DNA of 64,000 nt from Haliotis cracherodii (GCF_022045235.1 NW_027266267.1:38750001-38814000); one strand, 5' to 3'. Shown: positions 1-13,207, counted from the first letter of the stretch. Made by a program: numbers and translations. The notes: a model not told the origin generated them from the sequence alone.

Positions 1-564
1 TTTGGATGATTGTCAATTCAAATACTTCCAAAATCATTAACTTAGGAACACAATCGTGAATATAGTTCATTAAAACCCAAAACTGATGGAGCCATACCAC
101 GGTCACGAATGCAACATGTTCCCTGGTATAACACTTTATGTTGTTCACCGTCCCCATAGGAAGAAACCTCAGATCGACTGCCCTGGCTAGCCTGGAAGGT
201 CATCAGGTTTGAGGTTGGTTGGTTGGTTGGTTGTTTAACGCCGCACTCAGCAATATTCCAGCTATATGACAGCGGTCTGTAAATAATGGAGTCTGGACCA
301 GACAATCCAGTGATTAATATCATGAGCATCGATCCACGCAATTGGGGTCAATGACATGCATCAACCAAGTCAGCGAGCCTGACCACACGATCCTGTTAGT
401 TGCCTTATACGACAAGCACAGTCACCTTTTACGGCAAGCATGGTGCCACAATTGGTTGATAGCACTTTGAGTTACAATATAGAGTACACTGGCTGTCACG
501 AGATAGATGCAATATTGTCCATCACAACAAACACTCCAGAATATTTTTTTGTAACTTGCGATCT

Positions 565-1140
565 TGTGATGTACAAATATATTCGCTGAACACTCTACAT
601 GCCACTTTTGTACAGGGTTCAGCGAATATATATGTACATCACAAGACGTACATGCTGCTTTTGTACAGGGTTCAGCGAATATATATGTACATCACAAGAA
701 GTACATGCTGCTTTTGTACAGGGTTCAGCGAATATATATGTACATCACATGACGTACATGCTGCTTTTGTACAGGGTTCAGCGAATATATATGTACATCA
801 CATGACGTACATGCTGCTTTTGTACAGGGTTCAGCGAATATATATGTACATCACAAGACGTACATGCTGCTTTTGTACAGGGTTCAGCGAATATATATGT
901 ACATCACAAGACGTTCATGCTGCTTTTGTACAGGGTTCAGCGAATATATATGTACATCACAAGACGTACATGCTGCTTTTGTACAGGGTTCAGCGAATAT
1001 ATATGTACATCACAAGACGTACATGCTGCTTTTGTACAGGGTTCAGCGAATATATATGTACATCACATGACGTACATGCTGCTTTTGAACAGGGTTCAGC
1101 GAATATATATGTACATCACATGTCGTTCATGCCGCTTTTG
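565..1140. repeat. 53-bp minisatellite, ~10 copies
   Basis: Unit cttttgtacagggttcagcgaatatatatgtacatcacaagacgtacatgctg; it explains the repetitive ORFs at 556-1162. Confidence 0.95.
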
Positions 1141-3288
1141 GTTCCGTAGAGATACGGGGTAGATCTGGGTCTTCAGCAACCCATGCCTAGGCGACTAACG
1201 GGATCGGTTGGTCAGGCTCGCTGACTTGTTAGATGCATGTTATCGATCCCAATTGCGTTTATTGATGCTTATGATGTGGATCACTGGACTGTCGATTGTT
1301 TTCATAGCTGGAATATGGATGAGTGCGGCGTTTAACAACAAACTAAACCAAACATGCCGCCCTTGAGACAAGTAACACTGTATGAAAACAAGGCCTACCC
1401 TACATCGGCGCATGGATGCCGCTGGTGACGACATAAGGGGCATAACTCTGCATGGCTTGATCGTGAAGATCGTGATTCAGCATTTGGATCTTGACAATGT
1501 TACGATTTATCGAGAGACGCATCCAAGGCAAGATACTCACGTTGTGTGCAGGTTAATGTTGATACAAATTACAATACCTGTATTGATGAGCTGAATTTTA
1601 GGCCAGTTTCACCTATAGACATATATCTCTACGATGGACACATAAATTGTTTGTAACCAGACAATTCAGTCACACGATAACGCGTTTACTCATTTTGTTG
1701 AAACCAAAAACGATAAAGACAGATATGTTTCCAACAGCGAGGGCGCATTTTTGACGCATTTTGCTGCCGAATACGGTTGCCTCCAAGCGACACTTCATGT
1801 ATCCATAAGTTAGATCATTTGAATGCGTCCGATTCAAATAAAATAAATATACTGAACAACAAAAGTTTCTGTGACATTGAATAAGATTCAATGCATAGTT
1901 ATGTTTTTTTTACCAAATCTGAAACAATTTCGGTTTGCAACAGATAAAAGACTCCTGTAAGTGTTCAAATGGTTTAATTTGCCATACTGACTTCAAAAAA
2001 TGTGTGATTTCATAATAAAACATGAACATGCCAAAATGTCAATTTACAAATCAATAGCAATGGTGTTTCTGTGGACGTAAAATTGTCTTGCAACATCACG
2101 TTGACTCGACCCTGCTTCAAGCAAATCAATGGCCCGCAGACGCTCATTTTCGGACAGGCGTGGCATTTCGTAATGTTGTATAATTGCGTAATTTTGTTGT
2201 TTTTCTGAATGGTTGTCAGCACGAACAGGAACTTTTGTTGCTGAGTATACTTCCAGAATTTTACAGAATCAAATAAATTGCAAGCGGCACATGATGTTAC
2301 AGCTTTAGATAAAATTTGATTCGTGACATAAAACCAAAATGTGTCTGTGTACTACATGACAAGAAATGGATTAAAATACATCACATGCATGTCGTAGGAG
2401 GCGTCTAAAGGGATCAGGTGGTCAGGCTTGCTGACTTGGTTGATGCATCGACTTGGTTGTCATCGATCCCAATTGCGTGGATCGACGCTTATGATATCAG
2501 TCACTGGATTGTCTGGTCCAGACTCGATTATTTACAGACCGCCGACATATAGCTTGAATATTGCTGAGTTCGGCGTTAAACAACAAACAAACAAGCAACA
2601 CAAAACAAACATCACAAAGAATAATACACCCTTACTGCTAAAAAGCCAAATGCATGTTCCTTTAAAATTTGAAAGATTTCATATGTACAACAGCAATACG
2701 AGTTTGCATACATAAATACAACCTCATGAAATTGTATATACTGAACAATATGTACATACATATCATTGAGTAAATCGCACTCAACAATATTCTTGCTATA
2801 TCACAAAAGCCGATAAATAATTGAGAAAACACCAGTCACAACAATTACAGAATGATACGGACCTACGTCAACGGGGCACGTCAACGGGCACGTCAACGAG
2901 CCTGACCACCTCGTTGCCATTTCACAGCCCAGGTGACAAGCATGGACTACTGGGAGACGTGTTCCGACGGGGACGCGTATACAAACACTTGACAGTCGTA
3001 CTCGCAAAGTCAGGAGGACCGTCAGTAGTAACAAGCACAGCAAGCTTGGTTATTTCTTTAATTTGACCACACCCGTTTCCTTAATTCGACAGGCTGACAT
3101 GACAATCCGAAAATAACGAGACTACTGAAACAAATGTGACGTTTTAACGTCATGGAGCCGATTTGGGTGAAACTAATTTGACATGAATGCTCTCATGCGG
3201 TAGTCTAATTTAGTTGTTTACCCCACTAGTTGTGGGAACGTAGGACTAGTCGCTACTAAGGCTGCATATGCTGTCCGAGCGGTGCCTT

Positions 3289-3295
3289 TATAAAG
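3289..3295 (+). promoter_or_regulatory. TATA box of paralog A
   Basis: TATAAAG 55 nt upstream of the ATG; paralog B has an equivalent motif. Confidence 0.6.
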
Positions 3296-3343
3296 CATGA
3301 TTTACGGAAAAGCACTACAATTCTTCGACGTCGTACCGTCAAG

Positions 3344-6300
3344 ATGGCCGCCACGTTCCTTTCCGTGCTATGCGTCGTCTTTGTTTTCTCGTCCTACACA
3401 TCAGCTACCTTCAAAGTCGCCCAGAGGAGGCTTCAAACATCTAATGTAAGTAGAATAGTATTTTATCATTGATACGGGCCGTAGGGGAAGATTAAAGCCT
3501 TTACTCGTCATGCCGAAGACCCGAGATCGATTCCCCACATGGGTACAAAGCCGCGTTCAGCAACATGCGAACGGTATACCGCCTGTTTGTAAATAATGCA
3601 GTCTGGACCATACAAACCAATGCTTCAGGTATTATACTTGAGAGTGAGTTGGGTTTAACGCCGCTTTTAACAGTTATCCAGTTATATCACGGCGTGTCAG
3701 TTTAATGTGGGAGGAAAGCCCGAAGTGATGCAGGTCTCTGACGTGTACCGCTTCGGTGAAACCCACGAGCACGGGTATGGTGCTGACAAACCTAGAAACA
3801 TAATCTGGGCGAACCGGGATTCGAACCAAAGGGACGCACAGCGAATCGCGGCGCCTAAGACGACTAGGCCACCCGTGCCCTAGGTATCATATTATGAATG
3901 GGGTAATATAACACGTCACCTAGTCTGACATTAACATTTTCTAATATTTCCCCACTCTAGTTTTGTAATATTATTAACATATTTACATTTTCTTATATTT
4001 CCCCACTCTAGTTTTGTAATGTTATTAACATATTTACATCTTCTTATATTTCTCTATTTGTCTTCATACCCTTGATGATCCGGCTTAGAATGGGTCTTCA
4101 GCCGCTTGCTTGATGCATGTCATTGTATCCCAAGTGCGTGGATCGATGCTCATGATATCAATCACCGGATTGGGTGCTCCGGATTATTTACAGACAGCTG
4201 TAAAATAGCTGGAATATTGCTGAGTGAGGAGATAAGCAACAAACAATTATATTTGACTTCAACCTTACATGACAGAAATGACAAAAAACATTTGGCGTTC
4301 AAATATTAGCTATAACTTTTTTCGTATTGTTTCGTAAAGCGTTCCAATATCTTATACCTGTACAACAGTTGCCTTCAATCTTTACTACGAAGTAAATTAA
4401 AACTTTTATCGTAATACATCTGTAACGTATAAAAACATTATGTCCCTTCCAGGAATGGCAGTTGATCGACTCGTGGACGTTCGAATCAGGCTACGTTCGC
4501 TTCAACTTCAACATCACCTTTCCTCGGGTAAGAACGCATCAATTTATATCAGCATTTTTGTGTCAAAGGTGTTCTCGCAAATCTCCTATCAAATGTGCAA
4601 CTGTGTCATTTGTTGAAAGATATACGTTGACTCTAAAGGACGGGGATATAATACCACTCTTTCAGGACATTTATGAAGCTGATAAAATTATTATTTCTTC
4701 TAAATTTATAGAAATAGTTACATTTGATACATCACTGGTATCATTGAAGTCTACATTTTAGTTATGACTTAACTAATGGATGAATCCTCTTGATAAAGGT
4801 AAAAACATCTTTACCGAAACGTCAGGCATCGATATAAAACAGAGATGTCTTCAACAGAGATGTGTTTGTGCCGGCTGTAAAACATTATCCTCTCTTCTTC
4901 CAGAGTTATTCCCCCATGAAACTGCTCTTCTACAAACAAGACCAGTACTTCCAGGCTAACGAAGGTTCTAAGGTGAGGGAGATCAGTGGGTGAGTGAGTT
5001 GGGTTGAACGCCACCTTTAGCAATATTTCAGCAGTAATGCGGCGGGGACACCAGAAAGGGACTTTGGGACCCTAAAAAATGAAGAGGTGAGGTGAGGTGA
5101 AATTGGGTTTAACGTCGCGTCCAAGATTGNNNNNNNNNNNNNNNNNNNNNNNNNNNNNNNNNNNNNNNNNNNNNNNNNNNNNNNNNNNNNNNNNNNNNNN
5201 NNNNNNNNNNNNNNNNNNNNNNNNNNNNNNNNNNNNNNNNNNNNNNNNNNNNNNNNNGGACTGAGGTGAATTTGCAATGAGCTGAGTTTACGGGTAGATC
5301 ATGTTTAATGGAGCACTATTAAATGCAATGTAAGCCAATGGTTTATATACGAACAACACCTTATTGGCTGTACATATTAAAATACAATGTGTTTGTCCTC
5401 TCAGTTTAGTGTTCAAAATGATGATTCCAAATATACCCCTCTCCATTTGAACTTTGAGAAAGTCTCCCTTACACAAAGTTGATGAGAAATATTGTTGCAT
5501 TTGGGTTTTTTTCTAAAACCAGACCTTTTAGTGGTCACGTGACATATCAGGTCGTACAATGTGTTAGCTTTAGACCGATGGTCGAATATAACGTATACAA
5601 TTATTTAGGGAAACAATTATATAAATACCACAAAGCTCAAACTAATATCACTGATTATGTTTGCTGGAACATGGGTGTCTCCTTTCCTTGTACAGAGATG
5701 CTTGCCAGAAACTATGGTAGTGGATTCGAATCTCCGTTCATCCCCTTCATGAATTAGGTTTGTCATCAGCAACGTACCAGAGGCTCACACCAAAGTGTTG
5801 ACAGTTAGAACATGCATCAAATTGGGCTTTCCTCCCACATCAAGCTAATACCCCTAAAATCGGTGTTAAACCCAACACACTCACAGATGTATGTTTGCTT
5901 TTTGTCACAGTCTTGCGACGAGAAGTTGTCAGTTCTACAATTCGCGGCCACCGGTCAGCAAATCCTGAACCTTGACGTTGGAATGACCCAAGCCGGCTGT
6001 ATGCAGCGTTACGACTCCACCATGGGGGACAGCGTCACCTGTAACGGCCGCGTTACCTTCAACGTCGATCGTGGTATGATGTGGTACGTGGTGGCCAACA
6101 GATGTGGCACAATGAACGGAATTTCGGTACGTATCACACTTTTATACCATTTTATCAGGTTCTTCTAACGAAAAGTTCATGTCACTTTTCTTAAAATAGT
6201 ATGCATCGCTGTGCTTTGTGGCTACCAAATAGTCTATGACATGATGGGTGTGAGAATCATTAATCTGGCACACCGTTCGCTGTTCCATGCTTGTTGGTGT

Positions 6301-6881
6301 ATTAACCCTTCCTCATCCTCATCGAACTATTCCTGGATGTTGGTCCCTGAAATGTTAAAATATGTATCAAGATTGTTTGGTGCTAAAACGTATGTTCGAT
6401 GGTCGAAATGAAAGGAAAACAACATTCAGAAATATTTTAAGTAGATTATAGAACCTCATCGGCCCCGTGCATTTAAAACAAACCTATAATAAGAATGAAC
6501 ATGTGAAGGGTAACGTCGCATCCTGCAGTTCCCTTCTGTTTTGGTTTGACGTCAGTTTAAAGACTAATTGAAAAAACAACTGTTCTCAATTCAATTCAGT
6601 TTACTTTACGTTTGTAGGATGTTGGTTTGTGAAATGTAAATAGCAAGCAACTGAAATAACGCCTAAGAGAGCATTATCTGACTTCCCACGCTTGAACATT
6701 CTGAAACATGCTTGAACGTCTTTCTCTCCCTCTGCAGGGCATGGACATGTGGTACTACATCGACAACATGGGGGAGCCGAACAACAACCCGCGCTTCCCG
6801 ATGTACTCGGGCCAATCAAAAGCCACGTTCACGGCCTTGACCTTCGTTCCATTCCTTGTTCTTAAACAATGCCTGGCGTAA
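3344..6881 (+). CDS. TMEM145/GPR180 N-terminal (GOLD-type) domain-only protein, predicted GPI-anchored, paralog A (201 aa); exons 3344-3445, 4453-4527, 4904-4972, 5911-6126, 6738-6881
   Basis: All four introns are GT-AG and phase 0. The joined ORF reads MAATFLSVLCVVFVFSSYTSA-TFKVAQRRLQTSN/EWQLIDSWTFESGYVRFNFNITFPR/SYSPMKLLFYKQDQYFQANEGSK/SCDEKLSV...WYVVANRCGTMNGIS/GMDMWYYIDN...YSGQSKATFTALTFVPFLVLKQCLA*. It has a signal peptide, 4 conserved Cys and a hydrophobic C-terminus, and the same exon layout as paralogs B and C. The family call rests on my recollection of the TMEM145 N-terminus. Confidence 0.88.
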
Positions 6882-8669
6882 GACATGGCACCTGGTCTGG
6901 TATGCCACTTTCAAGAAATATAAGAACGTTATATAAACGTCCTACGTATCCACTGTCATTCGGAAGCTAAAATATGAACTTCTTCAAAGCAATCAATTGA
7001 ATATGACAAAACATGTTAGATACAAATCTCTTTATCTCAGCCTTGGTCGACTCTTGAAAAGCTACATCTATATGCGTCAACTCTTAATGGTTAATTTTTG
7101 AACTACTACTATCTGTATTCATATGCACCCGATGATTACAAATTACTGTTAGTTGGTAATGTCAATTACACAATGTACTTGTAATTCCTATCAGTGGCGC
7201 TTTTGTTTGGTACACATCAGTAACAAATATTTGGCAGCCTATGTCTGTGCTCTTCAGTTTTACAATCAGATTATGCATACCCCTAACCAAGGGAAGTTTA
7301 GAAGGCGATATGTAGCGTGTTTATATAGCTTCAAAGGACCTGTCCCCGGAACTTGACTTCAAACAACCTCAATTTTACCTGGATTTGAAACTGCGTATGA
7401 CTAGTTTGTTGCACATTGGCCTGCCTTCATTCGTGTGTTTAGTATTTGCAGTGTGACGTTACCATTACCATGGCGACTGACTGCTGAACGGCATAGTCAA
7501 TGATGTACATTTGTGTTCGTCTATGTTCATCACGACCATGAACGTTCATATTTAATAGTCTTTGAGCAATAAAAAAATAGACAATTATCCTTTCTGTGTT
7601 AACATTTGTCATAGTTATGGACCATGATGCATATCAAGTGATTATTGCACCGGACATATTCAAAAACTTCGAATTGGTTTGCACTGACATGCATATACTT
7701 TTTAAGGACCATCTGTAGCTAATCTGTCCTTAACTGTTTTAGTAGTATACACTGCCATTCGTCTCTTTTCGTTGCTTACACACACTCCAAAAAAAAGAGA
7801 CAAACATAATTGTAAGATATTCCTGTAACATATATTTGTAATGAAATATATGTTTCAGCATGTCCCGTTTAATAAACGATACAAGTTTGGGTTCTCATAC
7901 GTGTCCGGTTGCGTTTGCTTAATTTGTGGTGATGACAGAGGATCGGTTGGTTACTAGTCAACCTGATTGTGTGTTTCTGTATCATGAAAGGGAGGGTCGT
8001 TTATCATTATGGTGAATGAAGTTAATGCTGTTTCACAGTCAGCAAATACAATTACAGGGCAGCCTGTAAATTATCATGCTAGAGCCAGGTAAACCAGTGT
8101 TTGATAGCATGGACACACCATGACCACCTGATCATTTTCAACAACTTTTGCGACAAGCATAACGTATGGGTCTCTCGCACACGATGTCCCCATTCAAATC
8201 GATCGGTTTTCTGGGTTATCAACTGAGTTGCTTTACAAAAATGTCTGAGGTAAATTAATTGTTGTCGATACGATAAGGTTGCCAATTGATCGATTATTCC
8301 AATGCAGTTTATGATTTCATCAGTCACATCTTTTTCAAAGACGTACAAGTGATAGTGGTGATGACACCATGGTCCTTTAATCAATCTCTGCTTTGTCCGC
8401 TTCTGAATATTTAGAGGACTGCACGAAACACCCAAATACTCGAATCTGATTTGATTTCACGGTTTGTCAGAGGCTGTGTAACGCTGGAGTATTGCTGACT
8501 TGGACTTAAAACAACATTCACTCACCTACAAAAACGTGTAGGTATATTGAAGCAAGAACTGAAACTTTGGTTCGGAAAAGGACAGTTCGACGTATTTATT
8601 TCATGAAAGTAGTTGGTGCACTTTGTAAGTTCATCACAAGGAGTATTATGGACAACAACTTCTATATTA

Positions 8670-8808
8670 CAAGATAGGCACAATTTTTATGGATAACAAC
8701 TTCTTTAATACTGTGAAAAGCGACGTTTCGGTATAGATCCTTATACATGTACGTCGCTTTTCACAGTATTAAAGAAGTTGTTATCCATAAAAATTGTGTC
8801 TATCTTGT
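8670..8808. repeat. 58-bp inverted repeat around a Penelope-type CGAAACGTCG motif
   Basis: Arms 8670-8727 and 8751-8808 are nearly perfect; a related structure lies at 22096-22216. Confidence 0.8.
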
Positions 8809-9541
8809 CATCCGTCAACTTCTAAGTAATGCCTATCAAACAACTTCTATATTATACATACACGAGGTGTCAGCGATACTTCTGTTATCTCAGTGTACGT
8901 CCGAGAAACCGTTGAGTGTTATTTACCTGCCTGTATTTGAAAATGTCTCACGTACAATTGTATGGGTACTACAAAGACAGTGTTAAACGACCCAGGAGAT
9001 GCAAGACAAAATGTAGCTCGCCTACAACATGGACAGGGCCAGTAGAGTCCCTGATTGTCCATCCTGACAAGATTTGATGAATGCACATCTTGTTTGAAAA
9101 AGGTGAAACGCATTATCCAGTAAGAGATAGTTTTTTCGATGCAATACAGGCATGTCTTTAATAAAATCAAAACATCGACGTATTCGCAAAATATTGCCTT
9201 TCGTTCATTATAAGATTGGACGGGGGTTTATGTTTCGAACTGTTGTCGTTTTTGTATACAACCATTGGTTGCACGTCACGTAATCTCATGTGATAAATTA
9301 GACAGTTCACTCTACATGTGGCATAGTAGTCCTACGCGGTGTCTGGCCCGAGAAGAACCGGGTGACAAATGGTCTTCAACACATGTTTTTTCGTAAATGT
9401 GGCGACTAACGGGAACGTGTGGTCTGAATCGCTGACGTGGTGGATGCATGTCGTTGTATTCCAATTGTGTAGAACGATGATCAGGATGTAAATCGCTGGA
9501 TTGTCTGGTCCAGACCCTATTATATATAATATATATATATA

Positions 9542-9721
9542 TACTGTAAAATACGTTTATAACGAATACGCTTATAACGAACTGACGGACATAACGAACT
9601 GATTTTTTTGTCCCGACTATTTGCTATAGTTATGCTGTATATATGCCTATAACGAACTACAGTTATAACAAACTAAAGTTCGTGGTCCCTTTGAGTTCGT
9701 TATAACCGTAGTTTACTGTAT
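9542..9721. mobile_element. Tc1/pogo-type MITE
   Basis: Termini TA-ctgtaaa ... tttactg-TA next to a (TA)n run, with internal ataacgaa subrepeats in both orientations. Confidence 0.6.
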
Positions 9722-12700
9722 ATACCGCCGTCCTACAGCAAACATAAAATTAAACAATGAGAAGGGGTAATAATTCTTAGATGATAATAATTCTACACTC
9801 ACGACTCTGAAGGGCTGAAGGGGCGGAGTGTTTGACGAAATGCTGAACATGAATGTGTTTCCCACCAGTTGGTAACAGACCAGTAAGGACATGGGGACCC
9901 AAGCTGCTTACATAACATGCCACCATCTGGATTGGTCGATCAGCTTTTTAACTCACAGTAACCACTTCTGATTAAAACAACTAATTAGACACTCACATCA
10001 GTGCGGAACCTGATATCCAAAATTATTCATCATCCCTAGGCATCGGAAGCAGTGACATTTACAGATTATTGTGAAACACCTTTTTATTTGTAATATTTAA
10101 AGTTGTCAATACATTTAGGGCGAAAGGCAGGTCAGAAAGTCGTGACAGAAACCATGGACTGCATTGAAATAATCATTTGATAACGGTATCGTATCTACAA
10201 CAACTAATTTACCTCAGACTTTCTGAAAAGCAAATTAATTGATACACCTAGAAAGCCGAACAATGTAAAATGGGGACAGCGATGTGTGAGAGACCCAGAC
10301 TTTATGGGGGCGGACGGGTAGCCTAGTGGTTAAAGCGTTAGCTCGTCACGCCGAAGACCCGGGTTCGATTCCCGACATGAGTACAATGTGTGAAGCCCAT
10401 TTCTGGTGTCCCCCCCGTGATATTGCTGGAATATTGCTAAAAACGGCGTAAAACCATACTCACTCACTCACTCAGACATTATGCCTGACATTTCAGAATA
10501 ATTAAAACGAGTAACACAATTAGTGTTGAAAACACTATCCATTTGGAACATCGAACCCAGAATTTCATCGTGACGAGCGAACGCCTCAACCACCAAGCTA
10601 TCCTATGTCCCTGATTAATACGTAACAGTTAGAACACCTACACACATAATGCTGCCAAACCGATGACAAAAACTTCAGGTCAACATTGTGTTATACACTG
10701 TATAATCGTGATGAGAGTGTCTGTAGAATTAAACACATATTTAATTATTTCATTTCAAACTGATACCATTCTCCTGCAGTAATCACATAATCTATAAAGT
10801 AGCTGACTGAAACTTTCACTTTCACAACGTACCTTAATTTCAATTTCTATTTTCCATTAACACGGTCAGTTGGTTCAGAATATGATGACCCTTTCCCAAT
10901 AAAGCAATTGATAACCTCAATAAATACCCAAACCAAATTTCAAATGTAATTTGTCTCCCTTTGGGTATACGGTTGTTTGGTTGGTTGGTGTGTTGTTTTA
11001 CGCCGCAATCAGCAATATTCCAGCTATATGACGGCGGTCTGTAAATAATCGAGTCTGGACCGGTTAATCAAGTGATTGATATCATGAGCATCGATCAACG
11101 CAATTGGGATCGATGACCTGCATCAACCAAGTCAGCGAACCTGACCACGCGATCCCGTTAGTCGCCTTTTACGACAAGCATAGTCGCCTTTTATGGCAAG
11201 CATGGGTTGCTAAAGACCTATTCTACCCCGGATCTTCACGGGTCTTTGGATATACGGACACACAATTGCATGTACATCTTTGTTGACATATATCGTCTTT
11301 GCAAGGTCTGTTCCTTTTGGATTTATTTATCTTTAGTGTTGAGTATGAAAGGACTCTTGGTCACTGATAGAACGGGGGAAGGTTAAAGTAGCCTTGCAAC
11401 TGCCGCCAACTTTACTTTGAATGCATTTGTATTTGCGATATATATATATACAACGTGTACACAAGTCAGAAAATCACCACTTTTGGTCCTGTGTATTGCG
11501 TACAAGAACCATACAATAAAACAAATACACAACAGCTGAAATCTTCTACATTCAGCTGTCAAGGTCGATATTTTCTGCAACAATATTAGTGTTGAGTGTG
11601 AAAGGACTCTTTGTCACTGATATAGCGTGGGAAAGTTATAGTGACCTTGCATTTGTCGTCCACTGTTCATTTAATGATCCTAAGCACGGTATATATATNN
11701 NNNNNNNNNNNNNNNNNNNNNNNNNNNNNNNNNNNNNNNNNNNNNNNNNNNNNNNNNNNNNNNNNNNNNNNNNNNNNNNNNNNNNNNNNNNNNNNNNNNN
11801 NNNNNNNNNNNNNNNNNNNNNNNNNNNNNNNNNNNNNNNNNNNNNNNNNNNNNNNNNNNNNNNNNNNNNNNNNNNNNNNNNNNNNNNNNNNNNNNNNNNN
11901 NNNNNNNNNNNNNNNNNNNAACGTTCAGTTTTACAGGCTCCATACAAATGTAGCAAATGGCTGTAGTAATTGTGACCACAACGCAGCAATGACATTTTAT
12001 TGAGCCTAAGGAAGAATATAAAACCCGCGACTGTGTTCAGAATTTCGTTCAAATAATGGCCGACGATAAACTGTGTACAGGGAAAGTTCCGATAAACAGG
12101 TAAAACACGGACAAGGTCGCGCGGTTCTCAAGACCAGGTATGTGAATGGTGACACCGGGCTACACCGTATAGATAAAATGAAAACATGTTGAATACTGAA
12201 TTATATCAAATATTACATGTTTGGACAGATTGTACTTACTTGGTCGCTATCTTTTTGTTAAGTCAGGAAAATATACGTGAACAACCACCATTAAGGGACC
12301 TTATAGATGAAAAATATCTTTATGACTTCTTATTGTATTTTAATACTACAGTATCCTGGGACCGCAAAGACATAAGCTTCAATTCCTATTTATTACAGAG
12401 ATACATGGCATCCAACATTTGGACTAATTTTCAGCAAAGTCCCATTTTGAGACTCGTAGCTGTTATGTAATGATTAAAGTTTTTGAAAATTGAAAGTAGG
12501 CATGTATGCTGAAATGTTTAGAATAAAGTTTGTATTACATTACGAACTAACGAGAGAAAAATAAGATATTTCTGTACAGTCCGCATACATGGCGACTTTA
12601 CGTCACACGTCTTTATGACGTCACAGCACAATTGTATCCCAGCACCCATAAGGTCCCCTTTCTCCTGGTGGGTCACATATATTCTTTTGCCGTCAATAAA

Positions 12701-12947
12701 GTGTTTGTGTAAGGACATTTTCATGTGTCTGAGCTGGGGCAATGGGATTTTTACCTTATTATAGTTACATGCTGGATTCGAAGGGTAATTATCAAGGGCA
12801 CGGATCAGAAAGGCACCTGACTATCGTCGTAAGTGGCATAATACAGAGTAAAAGAATTCAGATAGCGACACTCGCTCCACAAAAACGAACAGAACACTTA
12901 CAATTTCAGTCTTCTTTTTTTGGACGTGTGCAGGAGCACATATAGGG

Positions 12948-13207
12948 TTGGTTGGTTTGTTGTTTAAGGCCGCACTCAGCAATATTCCAGCTATATGACG
13001 GCGCTCTGTAAATATTCGAGTCTGGACCAGATAATCCAGTGATTAATATCATGAGCATCGATCCACGCAATTAGGATCGATGACATGCATCAACCAAGTC
13101 AACCTGACAACCCGACCCTGTTAGTCGCCTCTTACGACAAGCATAGTCGCCTTTCACGGCAAGCATGGGTTGCTGAAGACCTATTCTACCCCGGATCTTC
13201 ACGGGTC
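12948..13207 (-). mobile_element. Retroposon family 1 (~260 bp, no tRNA head, (CAAA/CAAC)n tail), exemplar full-length copy; more than 20 copies or fragments in the window
   Basis: TSD cacatataggg (12937-12947) / cacagataggg (13208-13218). Other copies at about 213-442(-), 1150-1350, 2390-2600, 10973-11244(-), 13968-14228(-), 14456-14705, 14995-15252, 15804-16068, 17476-17695(-), 21218-21472, 22735-22978, 26864-27125, 35603-35870, 39010-39247(-), 48470-48700(-), 50375-50612, 58117-58385, 60905-61165 and 61730-61972. Confidence 0.92.

Noticed and set aside
42-341. Recurrent short ORFs of the type MLMxSITGLSGPDSIIYRPPSYSWNIAECGVKQ
   Set aside because: They are chance reading frames of retroposon family 1 and are disrupted in many copies.
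556-1162. Cys/Tyr-rich ORFs of up to 197 aa
   Set aside because: They are translations of a 53-bp minisatellite cycling through all frames.
6872-6884. Possible donor GC|GTAAGA overlapping the stop of paralog A, which could extend the protein into a 7TM region
   Set aside because: Paralogs B and C stop at the equivalent position without such a donor, and no TMEM145-type 7TM exons are visible downstream.
7445-7489. SECIS element
   Set aside because: The helix is too short, there is no apical AA motif, and there is no in-frame UGA in paralogs A or B.
10305-10385. tRNA-Asp gene (and similar tRNA-like heads at 33621, 36358, 38928, 44731 and 32885)
   Set aside because: The acceptor stem does not pair, and each head continues into a SINE body and tail, often with TSDs.
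11589-12052. ORFs spanning N runs (also at about 5.1, 36.9 and 40.0 kb)
   Set aside because: They are artefacts of assembly gaps translated as X.
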